A DNA stretch of 64,000 nucleotides, taken from the human T2T-CHM13v2.0 reference genome, Homo sapiens. The stretch is from NCBI RefSeq assembly GCF_009914755.1, contig NC_060929.1, one strand, 5' to 3'. Both the position numbers and the translations under genes were made by a program. Shown here one piece after another: positions 45,822 through 59,412 of this stretch (position 1 is its first letter; every line of letters starts with the position of its first letter). The notes under the pieces were generated by a model. The model was not told where the DNA came from. It did no database searches and saw nothing but the letters and a program-made list of their open reading frames with translations.

Positions 45822-47012
45822 AGGCCAATTTGTAATCAGAAATAGAAGATAAAAAACAGTATAATAATGTTTTTAACATTCTGGAAGAAGAAAACTGCAA
45901 TTTCAAGTTCTATATCCAACAATTTTTTTAACAAAGTGAAATAAAGGAAATTTCAGACAAATTGAGATAATGTGTCATCAGGAACACTGAATCAAAAGAG
46001 AAGCTAAAAGAAATCACTCACACTACTTTTAAAATGACAGCACATGAGCCACAAAATTGCAAAAAAGAATAAAAAGCATCAGAAAGGTGAAATATTTGTG
46101 TAAATGTTACAAAATGTTTTAAGCCTCTTTAAAAAATAAATAATAAACATTTATCTTCAGTTTGTAGAAGAAAAATTTAAGACAAATAAATCACAAATGC
46201 AGAAGTTGGAAGAGATGGAATTATATGCTGGTAAAGTTTTTATACCATAAAATATATTTATTTGATGGAAGATAGTAAAAAAAATTAAAAGGCATATTTT
46301 AGTGGCCATCAAAAATGCTAGATATATATTAAATACATAAGACAAAATAAAATTTAAAAATACTTATAATCAAAAATAAGACATAAAAATATAAACATAT
46401 TTTAAAAGAACAAATGACAGAAATAGTAAAAGAAATAGCAAATAGAAGACTAAACCCCAACTTCATTAAAAACTACAGAAACTCTAAGTGAACTAAACAA
46501 ATCATTTGAAAGTCAGAGACTGTTAGCTAGATGGAAAAAAATTAAAACAAAACTACATGGTGTTTATAAGAAACCTGCTTTAAGTATAAAGAATCATTGT
46601 AGTTGAAATAAAAAGAAAGAAACAATAATTTTATAAGCACTAATGAGAAGAAGCTGACATAGTTATCATCACAGAAAAGTAAAGTTTGTCTGATTCAATT
46701 CAAGAAACATGATTTCTGGGGAAGTAGAAAAGCATTTCCTATGATAATATGGCGAGTTAATCAGGAAAAGATAAAAATCCTCTGTGTATACCTAATAAGA
46801 GCATGTCCAAACACATATATTAAATATTGACATAGCTTAAAAACTTACCTATATAACAACCCTGGACATGTACATATGAAGCTTAAAAACAAGACTGATT
46901 ATCATATGGAAAAATCAAACACAGCTTAAAAAAGAGTTAGAGCACTTCACAATAATAGGAGTTTTTATTTAATGTTTAAGCTAGGTATGAATATTAAATG
47001 TCTGAGTGGAGG

Positions 47013-47377
47013 TGAAATGGTTTGGCTGAGTCCCCACCCAAATCTCATCTTGAACTGTGGTTCCCATAATTCCCATGTGTTGCGGGAGGTACCCAGTGGG
47101 AGATAATTGAATCATGGGGGGGTTTCTGCCATACTTTTCTCATGGTAGTGAGTAAGTCTCACGGGATCTGCTGGTTTTATAAGAGGAAACCAAATCCCTT
47201 TCTCTTGGCTCTCATTCTCTCATCTGCTGCCACGTAAGACATGCCTTTCACCTCCCGCCATGATTGTGAGGCCTCCCCAGCCACAGGGAACTGTGTCTAT
47301 TAAAACTCCTTTTTTCCTTGATAAATTACCCAGTCTCAGGTATGTCTTTATCAGCAATGTGAAATCAGACTAATATA
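47013..47377 (+). mobile_element. THE1B-like MaLR solo LTR with 5-bp TSD GGAGG
   Basis: tgaaatggtttggctgagtccccacccaaatctcatcttgaa...gccatgattgtgaggcctccccagcca...gactaatata. ggagg at 47008-47012 and 47378-47382. Confidence 0.93.
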
Positions 47378-49028
47378 GGAGGGAAATAAATTTAATAAAT
47401 ATAAGAAATTAGTGCATGGATATGTAGTTCAAGGTAGTAAATAAAATTAAAGAATTAAATTATGAAATCTGATGACCATTGATAGAAAATACAAAATGAG
47501 GAAGTGAAGTCCTAATGAGAAAGGAAAATGAGCATGGCTTTCAATCAGTTGGCCTGAGGGAATAAGAAAAACGTGATTTATATTAATTAAAATTAACTTT
47601 TAACAGTTTGTTTAAATCTTTATCTTTACCTCTTTGAGATGACTGCTTAGAAAGATTATAGTTGCATATGGGGGGATAAAAAGTAAATGGATTTCTACCT
47701 GTGTGAAAAATGTTTACATTTACAATCCCCAGGACTGTTTATCTCAAATATTTGACATTTATGGAACCACACAGGCCACCAATTCTAAATGACTTAAAAG
47801 TTACATATATTTTTTAACTAATGTAAATATTTAATTGATAATAAAAGTAACAGTTTATGTAAGTTAGAGGGAAAGTAATGTTTTGTCTTTAAGACACTTG
47901 CATCTTGATAATGTATAGATTGAAGCATGTGCTAGAATTTGTGTTTTGGCTACTTAGCAAGTTTATTTTCTTATTTTTATATATACTCCATATGTATAAC
48001 TCAATACTGATGTCATCAAGAATAGTTGATGGCATTTGATGGCTATGTCAAATATCTCAGTATATGTGCACAGAACAAACACTTAGAAACGAAGGCAAGC
48101 TTTCTTACTAAAAACTACTTTAAGCTCACTGTCAGATACAAAGCTGACAGGACATAACATTCAAAAGATGGAAGATTGAGTGTTTCAGCTTAAAATAGAG
48201 GCAAATCAATTTTAAATCTGCTCTTTGATCAGGTTCTGGTATGGAAACTCTTTCCTCAGAGTCAGTGTTTGTAGTTGAATGTGGTTTTAAAGTGTGACCA
48301 TTAGTTATTTTCTATAATGAAGAAAAAGGTATGGTAAAATGTCAGGCTCTAAATAGTGGAATCATTTCGCACACAGTTTGTTCTTTAAAATGCTAAGATC
48401 ATATCCTGGCATTAAATATTGTGAAGATTCTGCAGCAATGATAAGTTCATGCTATACAATATACAAAATACATCACTTGAGCAAGTCCCTTGAAATCTTA
48501 GAAAACAATGCTTACTTTTCAGAATTTCCTCCAATTTCAAAAATGTGAGCATCTTTTTTCTTTTACAGCTAGTACACATTGGTATAAAGAAGTCTTGCAT
48601 TTATTACACTTACTCTAGCACTGCACACTGAAAACTGGAGATTGATTTTGTGATTTGTTCATGGTTGGTCACATCTTTCAGTATTTCTTACCCTAGAATC
48701 CTCAAATCAGAAGGTGTTTTTTAAAGCCAGCAGTTTCTCTTGGATGGAGTGTATAAAAATTCAAAATCATATGACAACTCCTTAGTTGTTTTTCATAATT
48801 TCTAATCCTATACTAGTTTTTATCATTATTAACAGATAAATCATCTTAATCATTAATAATAATCATTAATCAAGGAAACAACTATTTCGTGTAGTTTTGA
48901 GCAATGATCTCAACAAAAAAGTCATTGATCAGTTTTTTTTCACATATGAATGAAGCTTATCTATGCCAAAAATGTATTAATATTTTTTCAAAAGAATGTC
49001 TTCATCCTGTTAAAAAGGAAAATGTCAT

Positions 49029-49190
49029 GGCAAAACGTGGTGGCTCATGCCTGCAATCCAAGTACCTGTGGGAGCCAAGGAAAGAGGATTGCTTGAGACT
49101 AGGAGGTTGAGGCTATAGTGAGTGAGCTACAATCACGTCACTGTACTCCACCCTGGGAGACAGAGTGTGACCCTATCAAGAGAAAAAAAG
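49029..49190 (+). mobile_element. FRAM/AluJ-type right monomer
   Basis: gaggattgcttgagactaggaggttgaggctatagtgag...ctgggagacagagtgtgaccct followed by an A-rich tail. Confidence 0.8.
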
Positions 49191-49440
49191 AAAGAGAGAA
49201 ACAGAGGATGGAAGGAAGGGAGGAAGGAGGGAAGGAAGGAAGGAAGGAAGGGAGAGGGGAAAGGAGGGAGGGAGGGAGGAATGGAGGGAAAGAAAGAGAA
49301 CAAAAGAAAGGAAGAAAGAGAAAGAAAGAGAGACAGAGGAAAGAAAGAGAAAGAAAAGCAAGAGAAAGAGAAATAAAGAAAGAAAAAGAGAGACTGAAAG
49401 AAAGAGAAAGAGATAGAAAGAGATTGAAAGAAAGAAAGAA
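49190..49440 (+). repeat. GA-rich polypurine tract (GGAA/GGGA/GAAA); continues at 49755-49830 after the AluY
   Basis: About 250 bp almost entirely purine; explains the E/R/K-rich and S/F/L-rich ORFs. Confidence 0.92.
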
Positions 49441-49849
<409 letters not shown>

Positions 49850-50606
49850 TTACCAAGTCCATATTTTATACTTACTGTTATGTAGAATTTAAGAGTGTCA
49901 TTTGATAAACTAATTTTATTGTAATATTTAAATTGTTGTGTAACAACTATTCATCTATACCAATAAACACTTCTTATCTGTTTAGCTATTGACCGATTTT
50001 GCCAATTAGATAACACATGAAACGTGTGAAACAACACAAAATTTAACAAATAACTTTTCTGTAGACACAAACTATGTTAAATAAAATAAACCGCTTATAA
50101 TGAAAAAGAAAAAAAGACCCAAGTACTCATTATATCTCAGGAAATGTTTCAGAACTTATTAATTAATAAGCATACATTTTTTACCAAAATAATCTTTCAT
50201 TTCAAATTTCAAAAGTATATGGGCAAAATTATTTTTATCGTTCCCTTAAAATACCAGCAGACTATCTGGTAACACTGGAAAGTCTATCACTGATAAATTA
50301 TATTGCATATATTATTTTGATATTCCTTTTAGCATATAAGACCAAATACATTTTGATTTGTTTGTCAAAGCATGTAATATTTTGGGAATAGGCCTTAAGT
50401 TAACTTCTTTTTTGTTGGCTTTCTCTACTACCATGGAAAAAAAAAAAAAATCCAGTTGCTCTGTAATTGTTTACATGTTGTGTTCAATGGAATAACTGGA
50501 GTTACAAATGGACAATGTGAGACCCTAACAGGTAGGATCCAAGTCCAGGATCTCCTGTAAGTAGATACTCCATTCAATTCAACTAGTTTTCAATAGCTTA
50601 TTTGAC

Positions 50607-50715
50607 CAGTGCTTCTCTAAGTTTAATGAGCTACAAATGACTTTTCAAAATGCAGATTCTTTGTATTAGATCTGGGATGGGGCCTGAGATTTGTACTTTT
50701 AAATAGCCTTCACAT
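50607..50715. mobile_element. MER5A-like hAT fragment
   Basis: cagtgcttctc..aaaatgcagattct...tctgggatggggcctgagatttgtactttt. Confidence 0.7.
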
Positions 50716-52228
50716 ACTGAAGTTATCAAGAGAGACTTATAGAATTCAGTTTACTTCATATTTCTCTGTGTTGATCACTGGTGGGGTATGTACTTTTTCT
50801 TCTCATATTCTCCAGATCCTTCCCTGATATTCTCATTAGTTATCATTTATCACTGATTTTCCCAAACAAAGGGTTTTTCTATTTTTCCCTCACATCCCTG
50901 ATGCTGATACAATTCTTGGTATATAAGCCTGATTGAGCAAAAATAATGTTACATATTATTTCAAATATTTCTGAATTTCCTTTCTCTTTTTTTTTCCTGT
51001 GTGTTGTTATTTCTGGTAGGCTTCACAGCTTTTTCTTTTTTGTTTTGTTTTAGAATTAAATAACTTGTAAAATTCTGAAGATTGAGTACATGAAAGAAAC
51101 TTATACAGGCACAATAAATATTATCATTGTCTATAATAATTCCTGTAATGACACAATTTCATAAATAGTTCTATTGATTTTTAGAATAATGGTAGCATTT
51201 TAAAAATATTACTCTAAATAGAAATTATAAAACTTTAACAACTTCTAAGAAAAATACTGCAAACAATTAATTTGAGTTCAAAGATCTTAACTACTATTAA
51301 ATAGCACATTCATCAAATAAAGAGGACGTTTAACAGCTGTTTATAAAATTAATGTATTATAGATGTGAATTTTTGTTCAACATTTGTATTAGAATGTTTA
51401 ATTCAGAGCTCTTAGTCAAATCCATTATCTTTTTATGTGCTAAAACCTCAGTTTGCTTCTATAACATCTCACTTAATCTCACCATCACTTACTCACAAGT
51501 GCAAACCTCAAAAAGAGTGGTAAAAATTGTTTTTTACTTCTTCCTGGAATTGTAAGAACAAATAGAAGCAGTAAAACAAATGTTAAAGTGCCATCACATT
51601 TATTTTAAAATGCCATAAACTTTCTTTGAATCATCATAAAAAGTATCTAAACAGACACTGCTTTTGCCTATTCCATGCATTTTTGGTAATGTTATTTTTC
51701 CATTTTATACACGTCTTCATATCTATCTGTTTATATCTATCTATTGATCTATCTACCTACCTACACTGGTGCAAAATGAATCCATCACTAATACAGTTAC
51801 CATTCGATATTCATGTTTATCACTGTAGCATCCAGAGACACTAGCAAAGGTAAAAAGCCTTTAATTCATTAGCATGAATGCTATTGTGCACTAAATACTT
51901 TGTGTAACAAATGGGATCAGAGGTACCAACAAGTCCACGAAATATTGCATAATTTACCTACACATTGCATTCAATCATTCACTTAATTATGTTTTAGTTT
52001 ATATAATTTTCCAGCACACCACCCACAAAAAGTAGGAAAATTTAAAGCCTTTGTGCAATCTACATCTTTGTTATTTATGAAGATAATAGACAAATAAAAA
52101 ATATGTAAACCTTTTTAAAAGTAGAAAGGGCCATGAAGCCAAATAAGTCAAGGCTTGTATAAATAACGCTTGTATAATGTGAATGCTATATTTCAGATAA
52201 ATTAAAGAAAGACGTGATATTTGAGCAG

Positions 52229-52625
52229 CATGTTAGATCATTCTGCATTGCTGTAAAGGAATACCTGAGACTGGCTCACATTTCTGCAGGCTGTACAAGA
52301 AGCATAGTGCCAGCATCTGCTTCTGATGAGGGCCTCAAGAAGCTTACAATCATGGCAGAAATTGAAGGAGGATCAGGCATGATCCTTCTCTTGGATGGTG
52401 CTAGAGAGAGCAAGCGAGAGTAAGACGTGCTAGGCTCTTTTAACAACCAGCCCTCAAATTAACTAATAGATTGAGAACTCACTCTTTACTGCAGGCAGGG
52501 CACGAAACCATTCATGAGGGATCCACTCTCCATGGCCCAAACACCTCCCACTAGGTCCCATCTCCAACACTGGGAATCACCTTTCAACAAGAGATTTGGA
52601 CAGGACAAATATCCAAACCATATCA
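52229..52625 (-). mobile_element. MSTB-like MaLR solo LTR with 5-bp TSD AGCAG
   Basis: gcatctgcttctgatgagggcctcaagaagcttacaatcatggc; ccattcatgagggatcc; atccaaaccatatca. agcag at 52224-52228 and 52626-52630. Confidence 0.9.
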
Positions 52626-53169
52626 AGCAGACAGAGTTGAATTAAAGGAGGAGGCGAGTCATCTTGTATCTGTGGTAGATCATGGCCCTGAAATTATACT
52701 TCAAAAGAGATGAGGAGCAATTGGAAGAATTTGGTGAAGTGAGCAATAAACTATGGCTTAGCTCTCAAAGAGTTTATTTAGGACTGTTATATATTTTAAA
52801 AAAAAAACAGAAGCAGAAAGATCAATAACCAAGCTTTCATAATACCTGTGAGGAGAAATGACAGTGGCTTAAGCCAATGTGGTAGCTGTGAAAGTGCGGG
52901 AAGTTTTTAAGTGAACAGATTTTCTGTCACATTGGATGTGTAATGTAAGACAAAGAGAGGCAGCAAGAATTTTTTTGCTTAAAAAACTGAGTTCATGGAA
53001 TATCAATTTATTGCAATGAGGAAAACTAGAGAAGAAACTAGTTTAAGATGGTGTTTTCATTAAAGGTCAGTCACAAAAGCTGAAAATATTCTAGGATTTG
53101 TGGGGATTTTTTCTCTTTTTTTCCAATTTTTTAGCAGAGGGATTTGAATGCTGGTAATTGTTTACAACA

Positions 53170-53490
53170 GTTTTAGAAGCACAAGAAGTTCTTATGGCGG
53201 AAGATAATTACACCGTGGAGAAAGATATGGCCAACTGACTTCCTTGGGCCAATGAGATGTAAAATAAGCTCTAGGAGCCAGTACATCACCTTCAATCTTT
53301 GCTCTACTAAGACAGCTAGTAATCTTCTACATGATTGATGCTCCATAATTTTGCACCTCTGAGTTAGGTTGACATAGAAGAGAATCCCCAGATTACCAGT
53401 GGTTAACATGTAGTCTTAGTAATAAACATGCCAGTGAGATTTTGGAGTTATTTGTTACTGCAGTTTCAACTATTCCTTCTTGCCTAATAA
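53170..53490 (+). mobile_element. MLT1G/H-like LTR 3' part
   Basis: gccagtgagattttggagttatttgttactgcag...cctaata resembles the MLT1H 3' terminus. Confidence 0.5.
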
Positions 53491-53529
53491 GTTATAACTA
53501 CTCTAAGGTTAATTACTTCAACAAGTTCA

Positions 53530-54560
53530 AGAAATAGCTCTTTAAAAATTCCTGCATTCAAATCTTTTGCCTATCTCTTCCATTGAAATAATGCAATCGG
53601 CAAGCCATCTGGCAAAAAGATCAATAAATATAATCTGTTAGTCTTCTATCTTGAAGTTAGAAAGGAGGAAGAGAGGGGTGGATGTGGAGCTGACAGATAA
53701 TACACTACTTGGCACTGGCTACTACTTTGACTACTTAGCAAAAGAGAATAGCCATGTTTCTTCCCAATAGACTGAAACTATCCCTTGTCCAAAGGAAAAC
53801 TTGCTTGCTTTTATGAAAAAGGGAGACCAAAGTCATCAGTCACTGCTTTTATCTCCTCATGACATCAATATCTCTTCTAGTTTATTTTCTATTGATAAAA
53901 CGTCATTGCTTTCTTCAAGCCCAATTATCTCAGATAACTAACTCCAAAAGATATGTTTCCTTGGATTCCTTCTGGGTTGTTACTTTATCAGTCAGTGTTT
54001 AATCATGTAAACAGACTAGGAATTTGAATGGAGGTAGTTTAGGATTCTTTTTTTTTCAAAAGTGCAATTGAAGGAATGTGGAAACATAAAGGGATGGGTG
54101 AGATTCCCAAATGCTGAATACATGTAGGAATTCACTATTACTTTTAGGGCTGGAGGAGGATGAGAAATAGTGTTACTCCAAGTCCGAGGTTGCTTTGTCA
54201 CCTGAGGCGTCTACTGCTGTGCTTGTACTGGCCGAGCAGAAAGCCAGAGTCTCATCTCTACTCTACACTACTCACTCTTTGTGCTGCTGCTCCTACCACC
54301 ATAACTGATGCTGCTCCTGTCACGGTGCTCTTTCCACTGTTACTCCTGCTCTCTAAGCTTTCTAAATACTGCCTTTTCTACTGGCACTGCTTGGGTAACC
54401 ATTGCCAGAGACATTCTCAGAAGCCATAAAAATATTTTATAACTCCTACCACCTTCCAATCTCCTGCCAGTATCTCACATCAGCAGAAACTGACAGGAAG
54501 CTATCTGAAAAGAGAGTCTAGGAAATGTATTTTATATCACTCCAGGCCAGAAAGGGACAA
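53530..54560 (-). mobile_element. ERVL-type (LTR33/41/78-related) relic: LTR piece, short internal 3' segment, second LTR piece
   Basis: ggggtggatgtggagctgacagataa..ggcac LTR terminus followed by ctttgactacttagc; tatcagtcagtgtttaatca start; ccttccaatctcctgccagt...gacaggaagc block. Confidence 0.5.
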
Positions 54561-55591
54561 GTTTGATTTCTATTTTGGATTGTAGGAATGGATTCCTACA
54601 ATGCTAACTGATTATCAGACACTCCCACAAAGGAGGACAGTCAATGGAACAGCTTAAGGCATGCTACATTGGAGATCCAAGTGGAGACCTTGAGTTGATA
54701 TCAAGATAAATGTCTGAATTCAGTGGAAGATGTAGGATGGAGATAAAATCCTAGAGTTAGGTGGTATATAATCTGTACATGGTCTCCTGGATAATGACTA
54801 AACATAGAGAAGAAAATTTGTGCTAGGATAAAATCCTGAAATACTCTTTATAATTTGTTCATCAGCAAGAAGAGAAAGATCATGAAAGGAGGTTAAGAGG
54901 GACTAAGAAAATGACAAGGAGTTCTTGCTATTGCAAAATTTAATGAAAGCAGTGTTTCAAAAATAAGAAAACAATTTTGTCAAATGGCACTGATCAGTCA
55001 AATAAAATGAGGGCTGAGAACTAACCAATTCCTTTGAGAAGTTGGAGGTCATTAGTGATCTTAGTGGTAGCTGCTTCAGTGGAATTCTGGGGACAATTAG
55101 AGGAGATTCAGGAGTAACAGAAGAATATTAAATGATGACTGAATATATACTGTATAAAGTAATTTTGTTGGAAATGAGAGGAGGTTTTAGAAGCTGAAAT
55201 AGGATAAAACATTGAAGAAAAATGTTTAATCTTTCTAAGATGGGAAATAATACAGAATATTTTGTGCTGATGCAGATGGAACAGTACACAGAAAAAGTAA
55301 TGTAGAAGAGAGAGAAGAAAATTGCAGAAGGTAAGTACTTGATTTAGTGATATAGACTGGAATCCAATACACAGGGAAAAGAGTTTGTCTATATAGAAAT
55401 AGTGGCAGTTGATCTATGTATCAAAACTGGCTGATAGTATATGGATTCCAGTGTTTCATAGGTATATTTGGTACTGGGGAGATATAAAAGTTACCTTCTG
55501 ATTAATACTTTGTTCTTAGTTAAAGGAGAAGTGTGAAAGACAAAATAATTCTCTGAGATTGAGAAGCAGCAGAGGAACAGCTAGTTCTCAG

Positions 55592-55830
55592 TGTTGTTAG
55601 GAGCAGTCCTGGCATTCACAGCTAGGACTTTATGTTCCCTTACTGAACATAAAGAATCTCAAAAAAAAAAAAAAAAAAAAAAAATCACCCTGGGACTGTG
55701 ATGAAGTGAGACTAAGACATACAAACAAACAAAATATCACATCATGATCTTCTATAAGCACAGACTATATTTAGATCACCGTGCAAACCACAAAAATACC
55801 ACTTATCCCTAGTGATTTCTGGCTAAAAGG
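55592..55830 (+). mobile_element. LTR-like fragment (family not assigned) containing A24 at 55661-55684
   Basis: Starts tgttgttagg, contains caaaccacaaaaatacc..atccc..ctggctaa, and interrupts the L2-like sequence. Confidence 0.35.
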
Positions 55831-58800
55831 CGTTGACATAGGAAGGTTATCACTTGAGAAGAAGTTGAGTTTTTGAAGTTTGTGGAGCTAAGAAACAATT
55901 TGTGAAATAGTCACCTAGGCGAATGAAATTATTAATTAACTTAGATCTAGAAATAGTACGTTTTAAATACCACAGATAGTACTCTAAGGGTAAGGTGTTT
56001 GAAACTGAAATTGAGATTTGGGGTGTGCTGCATTTATTAAAATTTTTAGGCTATTGTCTTAGTAGTATAAGGTGGAGGAAAAATCAATAAAATTAAGAAA
56101 CTGAGTGTCCAGTATTCTGGATGGATCACTCCAATAAATAATGTAATTTTGAAGAATGATGGCCAGGACAGTCATAGAGTGAACATCAGTAAGCCAGATA
56201 TTAAAATCATCCCTGAATGAGAAAGAGTGATTAGGAAGACTGCACAAGGAATGGCAGTAAAGTTACAGTCTGATAACATGAACTTTGATGGGGCTGGTTG
56301 GGGAGGGGTGGATGTGGAGCCGACAGACAATACACTATTGGGCATTGTCCTATTGGTTAGATTTATGGTCATCCAAATTTATCAATTAAGAGTAAAAAAG
56401 AATCATCTATTCTAAATGGAAATAAGAAGCCATCTACAAGGACTGTAATGAAAGCAGCTACCTCAGAAGACAGCCAAGATCAAAAGAGAGGCAGAAGCTG
56501 AATATTTTTTCTGAGAAAAGTTTGAGGATGTCGAGTGTGATATATCATGATGACAGTTATGAGTTCCAAGGACACAATGAAAAGATTTGTGGATTAGGAA
56601 TGAGATGTGATATGAGTCAGATTTGGTGATACACAAAATCAGGTGAAGATTAGAATACAATTGTTGGGGAGTGACAGGACCAAATTAGATTTCTGCTGAT
56701 GCCAGAAATATTAGCCATGATGAAATGAGTCTTGCTGACCACTAAAAAAAAGGAGATGACAGGTTCTAATGGAAACTTCTTGGAACCATTGTCCTCAGAA
56801 TTTTGGGATAGTGTTGAAAAAAATGTTGGGGAAAGGAGTGCAAAGTTTCGACTTGATAAGAAACATGCTTCAAATCCTTTTGGGAAGTTAACTGAGTGTA
56901 AAACAAACAATTCTGTTTATTAGGAAAAAAAAAAAAAAAACACTGGGAAACCTTTTCCAGCAACAGGAAATTACTAAAGCAATGGAGAGCTGAAAAGACT
57001 CATAGCATGGCTACTATGGTATATATTTCAAACCAAGAAAGGTTACAGTTTGCTATGAATAAATTTCCCCTTTTTAGAAATATGCATTAGGACTAAGAAG
57101 TAATACAATACAAATATAACATCAGGAAGTGAAAATGTGAAAAAGTAATATTGCATAAGAAATTTTTAAACAAGTGTTCTATACATAGTTTATCCTCAAA
57201 CCATTAAAACTGGTTTTGTGTGTGTCGCCATGGGATCATCTATGAAATCATTATGGCACATTTGAAGTAGTGAGTATAATTATGTCATCTCAGCACTTGA
57301 CTTTCCCAAATTCATGTTAACATTTTCTTTCCTTTTAAAAAATAAGTTGCCAACAAATGTTAAAATAGTGCTATTACCTAAAGTGTTTAGAAGAGACCAA
57401 TATTAGATAGCTGGAAATAATTCAGACAACTGTCATTATTCAGAGCAGAACATATAGTGGAGCAGTCAGTTTTTCTCCAACTATTAAAAACCAATTCATT
57501 TTTTTGAGTCGATATGTGGGTATGGACACACATCTGGGTATATGAAAGTGTGGTGTGTGTGATAATGTTTACTAAAGGCTTCAGACATGATTTCTAGGTT
57601 TCAGGCTCACAATTCCTATTTCTTTGATATTGTATCTAAGATGCATTTCTTAGAAGATAGGCACTTCATAGAAATGGATATACCTTAATAACATTGATAC
57701 AAAGAAGGGAGGTTACACTGAGGCAGAAATAAATGACACCCTTTATAATATTTGAAATGATCACTGTTGCCCAGTACGGTGAGCTTTTATTTTTTTTTCC
57801 TCTCCTGCAGTAATTTCCCTTTATCTCTTGTATAATAGTGTACCATAAAGTGACTTCCAGGAACATGTCACAGATTCAATCAATTTGGAATGACACAGCA
57901 CTATCATTCCCATAAGTGTTCAGGCACTTCCAGGAATGATTAAAAAGCATGGCATTGCCCACCAACTGCTGGGGTGACATGTACATTTTGAAGAAGACAG
58001 CCTTATTGAGTAGTTGTCAATTGTAAAAGTGTTTGAAAATGGTGACTTTTCTATTTCTGGGGATATTTCAAAAACTTGACTGCTGTATCTGATATGTTTC
58101 TGTCATAGGCCTGTAATTTCCTCTATACCACAAATGAAAAAAGATATGAAATAGAGTCAGATAAAGTCGGTATATATGCTATCTGATGTTGCCTAATGAT
58201 TTTTAATTAAAATATATTTAGATTTGAGGAAATTAGTTTTATACTGTTAGCAATACCAAATATCAGATGAGAAAAGCTGGACAAATCATTAGGTACATTA
58301 TTGAGACTATTTTTAACCCATTTTAGTTATCATTTTTATGAACTTTTATCTTGATGTAAGCCTATATATAAAGACATACCTGAGTTGTTCTTCATTGGGG
58401 AAAGCTAATATTGTTACATTTATTTTAAAATATGTTGGGAATGTACTCAGAATATAACTATAAGGTTGCTATATAGGTAAAACCTTTTTAATCAGTTTAT
58501 TTTAATTTGAAAACAAAAACAAAAACCTGCAATAAACGTTCATAATAAAATTTCATTTAGCTTTAATTCTTGCTATTTGTGTAACTTTATGAGGACAATT
58601 TCTTTATTAAAAAAGGAAATTTTGCTTAAATGGGACATGTGGCTTGCATTCATTCCATGAGTAGAATTAAGAGCACTTGGTATACATTTCAATTTTATAA
58701 TTGTGAATATGCAGCAACACTCCAAAAGTGGATTATTCACTATTCAGAAATGCTCTAAATTTTATTTTCCTTTGGAACTATTTGATTAAATCCTAAAGAT

Positions 58801-59061
58801 GACACAAAGACAGATTCAAGGGGAAGAGGACAGTGTGTGATAACATTTTATTCAGCTAGTAGGAAATTAAAATACATACAGAAAATATAACTGGATGGCT
58901 AATCTTGAAGTTCAAGACTTTTATTCTTTCATATGTTACATTTTATATGAAAATAATCTTACTTTCCAGTAAACAATAAGATAGTATGCCAGGGGATAAA
59001 TAAACACCCATTAAAAACCATTGTATGTTTAGAGAAAGAGTATAAAAATAATATCATTTTT

Positions 59062-59412
<351 letters not shown>

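Larger units (their letters stand above)
41040..46965 (+). mobile_element. Ancient L1M host (5'UTR/ORF1/ORF2 N-terminus) broken by younger insertions
   Basis: ORF1-like gggctcaagagcagattggacacagc and aaacttcccaaatttaatga; host sequence resumes at about 45030-45145 and about 45825-46965 (aactgcaatttcaagttctatatcc, gtgtatacctaataagagc). Confidence 0.65.
52120..56700 (-). mobile_element. Long fragmented L2 acting as host for several LTR insertions
   Basis: L2 blocks gtgatatttgagcag, atgacagtggctt..ccaatgtggtagctgtgaa, gagggctgagaactaacca...ggaggtcattagtgatcttag. The right boundary is approximate. Confidence 0.6.
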
